DNA of 63,079 nt, the filler included, from Octopus bimaculoides (lineage: Eukaryota), in the NCBI RefSeq assembly GCF_001194135.2. It is 6 parts of 5 records of this genome, joined end to end, with 100 filler letters (N's around TTAATTAATTAA, not from the genome) between each part and the next. Parts side by side here need not be neighbours in the genome. Positions count along the whole stretch, not along the records: positions 28,427 to 54,565 come from NC_068993.1; positions 54,666 to 63,079 come from NC_068994.1; 4 more parts are not named here. One strand, written 5' to 3'. Shown one piece after another: positions 47,011 through 59,782 of the stretch (positions within the stretch are counted from its first letter, which is position 1; every line of letters begins with the position of its first letter). The translations under genes and the position numbers were made by a program. The notes beneath the pieces were generated by a model. The model saw nothing but the letters and a program-made list of their open reading frames with translations. It made no database searches and had not been told where the DNA came from.

Positions 47011-47499
47011 TATTTTGCACTATTTATGCATACTTTTTTCAGTGGTGAGGTTTGTCTTTTCACTAAGTTTGGCTTATTTGAAGAAGCGACTGTTTGCTGT
47101 AGAAATTCTTGGATTACAGACCACTGAATCCGCCTAAATAATTTATTTAACTCTGAGGGATCGCCCAATACATTTTAGCTGTGTACATATGTGTTAAACT
47201 TTTAGAAGAGGAGTGAACAGTTGAACAGTAACATGGAAGTTTTGGCCTGCTTGCCTTCGTCAGTCTTTCTCAATTACCCCTCCCTCCTTTTGTTCTCCTC
47301 TCTCTCTCTCTCTCTCTCNNNNNNNNNNNNNNNNNNNNNNNNNNNNNNNNNNNNNNNNNNNNNNNNNNNNNNNNNNNNNNNNNNNNNNNNNNNNNNNNNN
47401 NNNNNNNNNNNNNNNNNNNNNNNNNNNNNNNNNNNNNNNNNNNNNNNNNNNNNNNNNNNNNNNNNNNNNNNNNNNNNNNNNNNNNNNNNNNNNNNNNNN

Positions 47500-48230
47500 T
47501 AGGTAGATCACATGCTCTGAAGTTTAAATAAGGCCAGAATTTTTCGAAAACTCGATAATGCTCAGTTGGCTTCGATTTTTGTGAGCTCTATCGGGCGTTT
47601 GAATGGAAATTCCCATAACGATGTTATTTTTCCTGTAGTTTTTGCATTTTTTGTCCGATTTTGATGAAAATCGATGAGTGAGCGAGGCTTATGGCAGTGA
47701 GTTGATGTCAGTATGCAATTACCCATAGGATTAATATTTTATGTTGTAACTTTTACAGAATCCATCCGATTTTGATGAAATTTGACATTTAGGAAAAGCT
47801 TATGGTCGGAGTCATGTAGTAGAATTAAAATTAAACTGGTGAAAGGCAGAAATCGTCTTGGGATTTAAAAGTCAATAGAATATTTTCATGTAAATGGTTA
47901 CATGGATTCTATTTTATGACATAACCTTAACACTTTTCTTCGGATTTTGCTGAGATTGGACATGCTGATCAATTTTGTACAGATAGTGGGATTAAGGGGA
48001 GAGAAATAAACAAACATCACTCTCAACGGGTCGAGGTACATCTAAACGTTTGACTGCGATTTCAGATGGTCCAGTATGTAGGGGTATGTCGAAAGCGTTA
48101 ACCGGGTAAAATCCCTGCCGAATCAAATATAACATCATAATGGGTAATAATTGGCACGAGGAACGTAGAAAATTTCAATACAAGGTCAGAGGTGGGCTTA
48201 ACTTCAACACGGAAAACAACACCGGGTCCA
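47500..48230. mobile_element. Putative non-autonomous Helentron/DINE-like repeat
   Basis: Recurrent CCGATTTTGATGAAA motif and variants, reminiscent of such elements; termini not resolved. Confidence 0.3.
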
Positions 48231-48238
48231 ACACCTTG

Positions 48239-48297
<59 letters not shown>

Positions 48298-49796
48298 ATA
48301 AAATTAGTGTACATTTAANNNNNNNNNNNNNNNNNNNNNNNNNNNNNNNNNNNNNNNNNNNNNNNNNNNNNNNNNNNNNNNNNNNNNNNNNNNNNNNNNN
48401 NNNNNNNNNNNNNNNNNNNNNNNNNNNNNNNNNNNNNNNNNNNNNNNNNNNNNNNNNNNNNNNNNNNNNNNNNNNNNNNNNNNNNNNNNNNNNNNNNNNN
48501 NNNNNNNNNNNNNNNNNNNNNNNNNNNNNNNNNNNNNNNNNNNNNNNNNNNNNNNNNNNNNNNNNNNNNNNNNNNNNNNNNNNNNNNNNNNNNNNNNNNN
48601 NNNNNNNNNNNNNNNNNNNNNNNNNNNNNNNNNNNNNNNNNNNNNNNNNNNNNNNNNNNNNNNNNNNNNNNNNNNNNNNNNNNNNNNNNNNNNNNNNNNN
48701 NNNNNNNNNNNNNNNNNNNNNNNNNNNNNNNNNNNNNNNNNNNNNNNNNNNNNNNNNNNNNNNNNNNNNNNNNNNNNNNNNNNNNNNNNNNNNNNNNNNN
48801 NNNNNNNNNNNNNNNNNNNNNNNNNNNNNNNNNNNNNNNNNNNNNNNNNNNNNNNNNNNNNNNNNNNNNNNNNNNNNNNNNNNNNNNNNNNNNNNNNNNN
48901 NNNNNNNNNNNNNNNNNNNNNNNNNNNNNNNNNNNNATATATATAAATGTATGTATATATATGTGTGTGTGCTTGTATATATATATATACACACACATAT
49001 ACATACATGGAACAAATAATACGGCTAAGGACGACACGCTTGTTAAATAATTTATAAGCCGTAAAAATCATTGAACTAATGTAGCATTATAATGTGTGTG
49101 AGTGAGTGGCACACGCACGTATATATGTATACACACACATCTATTTCTGTACACCTATATATAATACATGTACACATTCTACTCAATGCTTTTGTTCAGT
49201 ATCTGTATGTAAGATATGTTCAGTGGAAATTGTGTGTGTGTGTGAGCGTACCTGCGTGCCTGCGTGCATGTGTGTACATGTAGCATGCGCGTGCTCGACG
49301 TGTGTCTGTCGACTGGTTGTCTTTTGTCTGACGTCTGCCGTCCTCCATTTCTTGTAATGTCGGCGGACTGGTAGAGACGAGTGAAGTGAAATAGTGATGG
49401 CCAGGAAGTCAGTGATTAACTGTCGGCAATGATTCGGCTGGAATGGCGGTTAATTGCTCTCCAATAGTATTTGGTTGCATGCTTAATAAACAGGAAATGG
49501 CGGTGGTTTTCACGAGGAGCAATAGGAGATGGCTGACTGAGCTGATGTTGATGGGGGTGAAGATGGTGGTTTAGTATGATGGTAATGCACTGGTGACGAT
49601 GGTGGTGACAAGGTTTTAGAAGTTATTTATTGAAATATTTCCCGCAAATGGTGGAAAATAGCGCCTTTGGTCACAGATTTCCGACGGGCAACTCAATCGC
49701 TCCTTGAATTTCTGACGGCCAGAGTGACAAGGGAGTCAACAATTACAAGGAAATTCATTTGTAAAGTATCGCTATTTATGGCCGATACCCATCAGT

Positions 49797-49832
<36 letters not shown>

Positions 49833-50508
49833 NNNNNNNNNNNNNNNNNNNNNNNNNNNNNNNNNNNNNNNNNNNNNNNNNNNNNNNNNNNNNNNNNNNN
49901 NNNNNNNNNNNNNNNNNNNNNNNNNNNNNNNNNNNNNNNNNNNNNNNNNNNNNNNNNNNNNNNNNNNNNNNNNNNNNNNNNNNNNNNNNNNNNNNNNNNN
50001 NNNNNNNNNNNNNNNNNNNNNNNNNNNNNNNNNNNNNNNNNNNNNNNNNNNNNNNNNNNNNNNNNNNNNNNNNNNNNNNNNNNNNNNNNNNNNNNNNNNN
50101 NNNNNNNNNNNNNNNNNNNNNNNNNNNNNNNNNNNNNNNNNNNNNNNNNNNNNNNNNNNNNNNNNNNNNNNNNNNNNNNNNNNNNNNNNNNNNNNNNNNN
50201 NNNNNNNNNNNNNNNNNNNNNNNNNNNNNNNNNNNNNNNNNNNNNNNNNNNNNNNNNNNNNNNNNNNNNNNNNNNNNNNNNNNNNNNNNNNNNNNNNNNN
50301 NNNNNNNNNNNNNNNNNNNNNNNNNNNNNNNNNNNNNNNNNNNNNNNNNNNNNNNNNNNNNNNNNNNNNNNNNNNNNNNNNNNNNNNNNNNNNNNNNNNN
50401 NNNNNNNNNNNNNNNNNNNNNNNNNNNNNNNNNNNNNNNNNNNNNNNNNNNNNNNNNNNNNNNNNNNNNNNNNNNNNNNNNNNNNNNNNNNNNNNNNNNN
50501 NNNNNNNN

Positions 50509-50583
<75 letters not shown>

Positions 50584-50584
50584 T

Positions 50585-50700
50585 GACGGGTGTTATCCGC
50601 CTGGGCGGCGATTTTATGGGAGAAGCACTTTTAGATCTGCTGCATAGCGGCGGCAAACTCAAGGCTTCACCGGGCGGTTCATTACCTAGCTATGCTACTG
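50585..50700. mobile_element. Right end of a GC-rich MITE
   Basis: GGGCGGC repeats ending TAGCTATGCTACTG, resembling CAGTGGCGTAGCTA-type termini; the other end is not visible. Confidence 0.35.
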
Positions 50701-51420
50701 AAGATTCTTGTTATTTAACTCTTAGTTGGCCATGGTCCAGCAGACCATTAAGTGCATGCGTGATCGTGTATCAAAAAATTCGCCTCGCAGTTATGTGGTT
50801 TTAGGATCGCTTCCACTGCGTGACACCTTAGATACGAGTGTTCTATTTTGCTCACACCAATCTGAAAGACTAATAAATGAAATTTGGACGAGAGTACTCT
50901 GGCCGTTCTGAGGCAGCAGACATGTCTTTGGGGAAGCCCCTTTTGTTGCTAACGCTGAGGACTAGGCCTGCGGTCTGAAAGTTATATCATCCTACCATCT
51001 TCGAATCATGGGAACTTTCATTCCTCTAATAAACCTAGAAAAAATAAAGACATTCCAACCGTGACCACCTCGTCTTTGTTTTTAGATTCATCCTTCCCAT
51101 CAAGTCAATTCAATTTCTCTAAGTATGTTACTCGTTTGTATTTTACCAATGACATGAAAAATGTTTCCCGTACGATCTGAACTTCGAACGTAGTTAAATG
51201 CTGTCGCCACGTACATTTCGTCAAACATTGTATCGTTGTTGCCACGCCATAGCCTGAAATATTGACTACAAGACTAACAACAACAACATACGCCCAGATA
51301 ACATACAAGTGATATACAAAATACACGTGACCTAAGAACAGCCGATAACTGAGACATCATATCTAGTTGTAGGGTTAATACTTTGAGAGAGAAAATTTAG
51401 ACAAACAAGGGATGCAATCT

Positions 51421-51585
51421 TTTCTACTCTAGGCACAAGGCCCGAAATTTTTTGGGGAGGGGGCCAGTCGATTAGATCGACCCAGTACGCAACTGGTATT
51501 TAATTTATCGACCCCGAAAGGATGAAAGGCAAAGTCGACCTCGGCGGAATTTGAACTCAGAACGTAAAGACAGACGATACGCCGT
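51421..51585 (-). mobile_element. SINE family A, young (head truncated)
   Basis: Retains CpGs: GTCGACCTCGGCGGAATT. Confidence 0.8.
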
Positions 51586-51900
51586 TACAAACAAGGAATA
51601 TAATGTGAATAAAATGTGAATACACCTGCCCTCGTGATAGTTGCTGATATTGTAACATTCGCGACACGTGTTCCGATATTAGTGAACGTTTGTCATTGTA
51701 TCTTTGAAGTGGTCCTACCAGACGTACGTTTCTTAAACGTAAAAGAAAAGAAAGATCTCATGTATGTTTATATGTGTATGCCTGTTGTGTCGTGTTGTGT
51801 TGTGTTCTGTGCGTGTGTGTGTGTCTAGTGTTTCGTTAGTTGTTTAGTTCTGTATTCATGTATTTCTGTGAGCAAGTCGTAACAAACTTACATTCCTATT

Positions 51901-51958
<58 letters not shown>

Positions 51959-51971
51959 GGCACGCACGCAT

Positions 51972-52006
<35 letters not shown>

Positions 52007-52035
52007 CCTACGAACGCACGTACACACGCGCGCAC

Positions 52036-52067
<32 letters not shown>

Positions 52068-52444
52068 CTTCTAAAAACAAATAAAATTATAAAAACTTGA
52101 AGCAGCAGCTGCAGTACATATGGCCATTTGCATCTGCTTTTTTGGGGGTTGTCTTATGTACACAAGTGTCTGATAAATACTTTGTTCAGATGAGGTTTAA
52201 TTAAAACTCTTAACCCCTCTTGTACTTCTGACAACCACAACAGTTTTCCCCTCCCATTAGTAACCTACTGTCTGTTCACCACCTCTCATAGAGCAATGTG
52301 TTGATTTAACCATAAAAGTGAAGAAATGGATGGCTACTTGCCGCCTGAATGGGAGTTTGTGTTGCTGTTTACAAACGACCTGGTGTCGGACACGAGTCCT
52401 TTCTTTTCTAAACATCTTGTTGACTGGCTGTGAAAGCAGTCGGC

Positions 52445-52665
52445 CGTTAATATCGGTTTCAAATTTTGGCACAAGGGCAGGAGTATTGAGGGAGGCCAAA
52501 TCGGCTAAATCGACTCAAGTGCTCAACTCAATTTTATCGACCTTGAAGGGAAGAATGGTAAAGTCTATTTCGGGTGGAATTTGAACTCAGAACGTCGAGA
52601 CGGACGAAATGCCGCCAAGCATCTTGCCCGACCTGCTAACGATTCTGCTTGCTCGCTGCCTTCGG
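52445..52665 (-). mobile_element. SINE family A
   Basis: Head-core-tail motifs. Confidence 0.75.
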
Positions 52666-53112
52666 TCAGCCATTAATATCAGCTACTGTAACTCATCATC
52701 GTATTACGAAACGTCAGTCCATGAAACACTATCTACTTTATTTAGCAAAACAACGAAGTTGCAGGCAGCGGGGAGTTGGACAACCCTGTCACGACTCTCG
52801 CACATATACACATAACACCTAATAAATAAATAACGCTCTACCTTACGAAGTGAATTCAAACCTATTTTGTTTTATATTCGTTTACTGGTTTAATAGTGGA
52901 AGTCAAGCAGCGTCACTTCCGAGTTGTACAGTGGATGAGAGCCACTGACTAGTCCGATTTGCCGATGAACTGATTTGTTGATAAAAATGTTTGTGGTCAA
53001 GCATTGTCAAGGTAAATTTGGATTGCTTTTACATTCTTGTTCGCTCTCTTACTCCTCATGACTTCTCTAAGACCTGAGTATCTCGACATACCACTCACTG
53101 TTCACCAGTATA

Positions 53113-53328
53113 ACCTTTTCTACTCTAGGCACAACGCCTGAAATATTTGGGGAGGGAACCAGTCGATTAGATCGACCCAGTACGCAACTGGTTCTTAATT
53201 TATCGACCCCGAAAGGATGAAAGGCAAAGTCGACCTCGGCGGAATTTGTGCTCAGAACGTAAAGGCAGACGAAATGCTGCTAAGCATTTCGCCCGGCGTG
53301 CTAACGTTTCTGCCAGCTCGTCGCCTTC
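53113..53328 (-). mobile_element. SINE family A, apparently full-length young copy
   Basis: All motifs intact with CpGs retained; flanked on both sides by TTCACCAGTATAACC (about 53101-53115 and 53327-53341), a likely target-site duplication. Confidence 0.88.
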
Positions 53329-53499
53329 ACCAGTATAACCACATTCCAGAAAATCAAAGAAAATGACGCCTTTGTCAACCTCCCTTCTCCTCCACCCCAC
53401 CAAACAGTCACCAATACTTTCTATGCTGACCGCTGGCTTCTGAACATTTTAGGTCTTGGGGAAGAGACGGATGCCTTCACATCCCCTATAATCATATTG

Positions 53500-53710
53500 C
53501 TTTCAAATTTCAGCATAAAGCCTGCAATTTCAGGTGAGGGTGTAAGTCGATTACATTGAACCCAGTACATGACTGGTATTCATTTTATCGACCCCGAAAG
53601 GATGACTGGGAAAATCGGCCCTATGGAATTTGAACTCAGAACGGAAGGACAGATGAAATGCCGCTAAGCGGTTTGCTCGGCGTGCTTAACGATTCTGCTA
53701 GCTCACCGAT
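53500..53710 (-). mobile_element. SINE family A
   Basis: Head-core-tail motifs. Confidence 0.7.
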
Positions 53711-54331
53711 TTTCTCCTGCCATCATATTACAAGACAAAATGTTTTCATTGGCTTCAAACGCGTCAAGTAGATCAAATCAGACGTTCACTCTTCTCTCCT
53801 TCAAATCGTATGTCAATTGCCGAGTTAAACTCTTTGCACACACTTCTGTAATGCATTGTGACCACAGTCCAGTCGTACAGCAATCTTGTGGATTGTGACC
53901 TGTCTGTCCGCACGAATTCGTCTGCTCACTGGCGATTCATATCAGTGGTCACAGTTGAGGGTCTCCTACAACTTGGTTTGTCTTCAATGGTTTCTCTTTT
54001 AAATTTATCCATCGGTGCACATTGTTCTTGTCAACAGTGTCATCTACCAAAATAGTTTGCTACATTCTGTGGATGTTGGACTCCCTGAACCTCTCCATCA
54101 AGAACTCAATGACAGCACGTTGCTTCTGTTTGGAATCCATTTTTTTTTTGCCTGTAATGAACATGAGGAAAGGTTGCTATAGAGAAAAGATTACTCTACC
54201 AACATGTGCAATTTGAGCGACCTATGGTAGTTAATAAAAAAAATCATGTGCACTTTTGCATTACTTTCGTGACAATCCTTGTTTCATAAACAAAGTATTA
54301 TGAAATGAAACTTGGGAGCACACACCACAAA

Positions 54332-54376
<45 letters not shown>

Positions 54377-54565
54377 GTGTATGTATGTATGTATGTATGT
54401 ATAGAGTGTTAGGTGTGATGTACAGAAATTGAATATTGAGAAAAAAAAGTCAGTATTTTGGAAAAAAATCGTTTCATTTCTTCATTATTATTATCACTTT
54501 CGTTCGTTACTCAAACTTGTCAAATAAAATTTTGTGAATGTACGAACAGCTTGTTCATTTATATA

Positions 54566-54665
54566 NNNNNNNNNNNNNNNNNNNNNNNNNNNNNNNNNNN
54601 NNNNNNNNNTTAATTAATTAANNNNNNNNNNNNNNNNNNNNNNNNNNNNNNNNNNNNNNNNNNNN
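54566..54665. other. Artificial 100-bp scaffold spacer
   Basis: 44N-TTAATTAATTAA-44N. Confidence 0.95.
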
Positions 54666-55308
54666 ATATGTACATGTATAAATCAAAGGTAAAAAAACAC
54701 AACAAACGGAAATCGTCAAAACATAGCAAGTAGGAAAAGGACGATACCACAACAACGGCAACAGGATAAACAAGATACACGGATCATTCGCAGCCAATTG
54801 CTTCTTCGGTCGGAATCTGGAATGTCCACGTAGTTTCGTCTAGTTCTCTCCAATACTACTCGAAACCAGTTGGGCCAAGGGCTTAAGCTAAAGGCATTGA
54901 GCCCCTGAACAAGGCAAACCAATGTACATATACAATCACAAGGAATTCGACTATCAGACGGACGTAACGTAAGAAATAGAATTATACATATAGAATGGAC
55001 AAAAGCCTTTCAGCTATACAACAATAATGAAACAAAACAGAGTCTTTCGACTATCAGACAGTGTTGTAAGCTAGCGCAAGGAAAAAGGAAATGGAAAAAT
55101 CTTACTGACCAGGTGGCGAGACAAAACAACAGATGCGACTGACCTCAAAGGTGGTCAGCCGAAAAAGAACGACAACATATAAGCCGGACAGAGATCATGT
55201 GGTAGAGGGAGGGGGGAAGTTGAAGAAATCAGAGGGACTAAAGAAGAGGAGAGAAGGGAAAGAAATCAGGGGGACCAAATAACGAGAGGGAAGGATCACA
55301 GAATGTGA

Positions 55309-55364
<56 letters not shown>

Positions 55365-57676
55365 AGTACAAGGGAGGTGAGGAAGGAAAGCAAAAGAGAT
55401 TGAGAGATAAGGGCGAGGGCGAAAGGGATTAAGGAATACGAAAGCATGTGCGTGAGCATGGGTTTGTGTCTGTTTGTCCTCTACCACCACTTGACAACCG
55501 GCGTTGGTTTGTTTACGGTCCCGTAACTCATCGATTCGGCAACAGAGACTGATAGAATAAGTACTAAGCTTAAAAATCAGAGGGACAGAGGAACGATTGG
55601 GAGAGAGACGGAGAGAAAAGAGAGATAGAGGAGGAAGAACTAAGGAAGAAAATTGAGAACGAGAGGGTGAGAGAGACAGAGAGGGAAAGGGAGAAAAAGT
55701 GAGATAGAGAGGGAAAGAGGAAGAAGGAAAAGGGGGTAAAAAGAGGAAAAGTGAGTGGGAGTCGTACATTATATTCAAGGCGTATCTTTTTTTACAAAGT
55801 AAACACCAAATTGTATATATATATATATATATATATAATATAAATTGAAGTTGGCCTACCGTTGTATTCTTTCTTGTCTTGATGTTCACGGCCAAACGGC
55901 TGGGTGGGTTCGCGTGAAAAATGACACACATGTGGAGACGGGTGCATAGATTGGAACGCGCTTTCTATTTTTTCCTAGCCCCCATACTTACAGAGAAAAT
56001 CGATTAAAACAACCTGCGTGCGTGCGTGCGTGTATGCGAGTGTGTGTCACTGAAGCCATTCATACATATATATATAATAAATAAATAAACTGAATGATAC
56101 ATTTCATTTATCTCTCTCTCTCTTTCTTTCTCTCTCTCTCTCTCATATACACATACACCATCAACACAACTCTCTCTGTCGCGCACACCCCATCAAACAT
56201 ACACACTCACACACACACAGACATACGCACGCACATCAATTCTCCCTTCTCACCACAACTTCAAAAGAAGTTCAGTCATAAAACTGTCGATGTCTCTTCA
56301 TTCGACGCCCACTTCAAAAGATCGCTTTTCCTTTTCACTTGTCCGGCCATTGACCAAGAGATAAAACACAAACTAACTCCTGCTAAATGCAAAAATACCG
56401 CCAAAAATACACACACAAACGGACATTTCATGTCTTTCAGTTTCTCTATGATTATACACACGTCGAAAACAATAGCTCTTACATACATTTTAATCTTCAT
56501 CAGGTATGTATCAATTTCTATAATATAAATTGTTTTGCCGTGCCAGCCAACGTAAGTCAATGACACACAAATTCACTCACTCACTCTATCTCTCTTTCTT
56601 ACTCTCTTTCTCTCTCACATACACACACGCGCGCACGTCCATTTCATATATCTTTCAATCTCTGNNNNNNNNNNNNNNNNNNNNNNNNNNNNNNNNNNNN
56701 NNNNNNNNNNNNNNNNNNNNNNNNNNNNNNNNNNNNNNNNNNNNNNNNNNNNNNNNNNNNNNNNNNNNNNNNNNNNNNNNNNNNNNNNNNNNNNNNNNNN
56801 NNNNNNNNNNNNNNNNNNNNNNNNNNNNNNNNNNNNNNNNNNNNNNNNNNNNNNNNNNNNNNNNNNNNNNNNNNNNNNNNNNNNNNNNNNNNNNNNNNNN
56901 NNNNNNNNNNNNNNNNNNNNNNNNNNNNNNNNNNNNNNNNNNNNNNNNNNNNNNNNNNNNNNNNNNNNNNNNNNNNNNNNNNNNNNNNNNNNNNNNNNNN
57001 NNNNNNNNNNNNNNNNNNNNNNNNNNNNNNNNNNNNNNNNNNNNNNNNNNNNCATATATACGACAAGAGATAATTTTTGTTTCTTTTCATGGAGACAAAA
57101 GGGTTTATAAGACTGCAAAAAAGAAGTGCTCAAATGTAATTGAAACAGAGATAAAGAAACATTGATCAGAGAACAAACATCAAATTTATATATGTTTTGA
57201 TATATAAATATTACCATGACCTTTATATATGTTTTTTTATATATGTAGTCATTATATGTTAAAGGCCATGGTAATATTTATATATTATTAAATGTTTGGA
57301 GACGTGGTGTTATGTATAAAGTCGTTGACTCGAATTTGATATTTGTTCTCTGATCAATGTTTTGTGTGTGTACGTGTGCATGTGTGTATGTGTGCGTGTG
57401 TGTGTATGTGTAAGATCCAGAGATCGAGGTGTAGGAAGAAAGTTAGCTTCAAGCAATCCGTAGTAAATATAAAAAAACAACTGAATCGTCCATGTGTTAA
57501 CACGTACCTCCTTGCGACAATGTAAACTTTCATTTAATCAAGATATCCTTGGCCTGAAGAGTAGCCTGCGGTATACACCTCACTTGGATATTTACCACTT
57601 CTGGGGTTCTGCTCTCTATGAAACATATGTAGCCCGGATCGTATCTCCGTTCCTTAACTCTTGTATATATGTATAC

Positions 57677-57714
<38 letters not shown>

Positions 57715-57928
57715 GTATATATGTATATATNNNNNNNNNNNNNNNNNNNNNNNNNNNNNNNNNNNNNNNNNNNNNNNNNNNNNNNNNNNNNNNNNNNNNN
57801 NNNNNNNNNNNNNNNNNNNNNNNNNNNNNNNNNNNNNNNNNNNNNNNNNNNNNNNNNNNNNNNNNNNNNNNNNNNNNNNNNNNNNNNNNNNNNNNNNNNN
57901 NNNNNNNNATATATATACATACATATGC

Positions 57929-57964
<36 letters not shown>

Positions 57965-58734
57965 AAGAAAGAAAGAAAGAATATCAATATACACATCTCT
58001 AAAGGCAATCAGAAATCTTTAATCGCTGAGAATTGTATCTATTGATATAAAAGTAAAACTCTTTAACTTGGTATGACATTTTAAGGGAAGTCTCCAATGT
58101 GTCGGACAAAGTTTCTCTGGAAAAGATAAAGTATGATGCATTCTTTCTGAAACAGGCCTGTCTTATATTCAGAAAAGGTGTATCAAACTTTTGTTCTTCT
58201 TCAAAAGACTCTATGTGCCAGAGCGAAACTTGCCCTTATGATGTCATACCAGTTTAAGAATTTTACTTTTTTTAACCACTTAATAGAGTACAGTTCATAT
58301 AACTGAGGAGTAGCAGCTGATACACATAACTAACATTCTAAGGTGATAAGACTAGCTGGAAAGACTTCAATCATTAACACTCTAAAATCATGTATAGACT
58401 GATTCATTATTAATTTTTTTCTGTTTTATCGTTACTACAGCAGTCCCTGCCTCTCTGAACTGAAAGGATGTGTACCACATGCAACGACAAATACCCGCTT
58501 TACCTGTCTCTCTTTCGTTCATCATACTTACAAAACTCTCTCAAACCTTTACCACAGAACTACAGCCTTCTGAACCCCCACCGTCAATTCCAAGCCCCGA
58601 TTTCCTTGCAAATATTAATTTGAAGAAGTTCTAGCTGGACGGAAACAGCATCAATCGTAGCAGTCTGGAAGAGACTGCAAAGACACTACACTTTCAGTTC
58701 AGACTAAAATATGATAATACATTTTTTAAAAATT

Positions 58735-59782
58735 AGGATCTTTTCCCTTTGGCCGGCACATAGAAAAAAATTTGTAACTAAACACTTTCAAAATTCGTAT
58801 ACTGGTAGAATGTGTCATATAAAACATCATTTACTCTTGGCATTTTTGAGAAAATTGTGTATTTTCGAAGTTATTTCGTGTTAAAATTGTCGTATTTCGG
58901 TAATTTCAATCAATCAATGACGTGTATTCAGCTGAATAAAATTACTGCCGTTGTTTGTCAACAACAACTTCCGGCGGTGTATATTTCGTTTGTCACTGTT
59001 ATTTATGACATATTTCATTTCATTTACGTTCGTATGAATAAACGAGTGTATCTGAAGCATGTTTACTTCATGGCACCACCACAATCGTTCGTGCATTTCT
59101 ACTGCTTTTAGTTTTATTTTTCCTGTTTTTCAGCTACTATTTTCAGAAAGACATTTTTGCCCCCCTCCCCTCCAATTTCTTCATTTTTCACATTTTCCGT
59201 AACTCTAACCCTAAATTCCCAACCCTAACCCTAAATTCCCAACCCTAACCCTAAATTCCCAACCCTAACCCTAAAACCCTAACCCTAACTCTAAAACCCT
59301 AACCTTAATCCTAAAACCCTAACCCTAACCCTAACCCTAACTCTAAAACCCTATCCCTAACCCTAAGACCCTAACCCTGAGCCTAAAACCCGAACCCTAA
59401 CTCTAAAACCCGAACCCTAACCCTAACTCTAAAACCCTATCCCTAACCCTAAAACCCTAACTCTAACCCTAAAGCTTAAACCAGTACAAAAGCACGAACG
59501 ATGTCATAAATAACAGTGACAAACGAAATATACACCACCGATAGTTATTGTTGACAAACAACGGCAGTAATTTTATTCAGCTGAATACACGTCATTGATT
59601 GGTTGAAATTACCGAAATACGACAACTTTAACACGAAATAACTTTAAAAATATAAACTTTTCTCAACAACACTAAGAGTAAAAGATGTTTTATATGACAC
59701 ATTCTACCAGTGTCCGAAGTTTGAAAGTGTTTAGTTACAAAAAATTCATTTCTCGATGTGCCGTTCAAAAGGAAAAGATCCT
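58735..59782. mobile_element. Long-TIR (foldback) non-autonomous DNA element with telomere-like core
   Basis: Ends TA|GGATCTTTTCC and GGAAAAGATCC|TA; arms about 58735-59112 and 59470-59782 are clearly reverse-complementary with scattered substitutions, and the left arm has a block of about 70 bp missing from the right. Confidence 0.85.
59201..59472 (+). repeat. Interstitial telomere-like (CCCTAA)n array, degenerate
   Basis: CCCTAA hexamers mixed with CCCTAAAA, CTCTAA and CCCGAA variants in about 20-bp higher-order units. Confidence 0.92.

Noticed and set aside
695-58045. Many long ORFs spanning N runs (for example 4444-5439, 17497-18363, 48098-49015, 49667-50647)
   Set aside because: Their length comes from untranslatable gaps plus microsatellite flanks; no coding evidence.
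58430-58690. Faint resemblance to a CR1/Jockey-type LINE C-terminus
   Set aside because: Too degraded to support by eye.
59201-59472. True chromosome end
   Set aside because: The array is short, degenerate, internal and enclosed by inverted arms.
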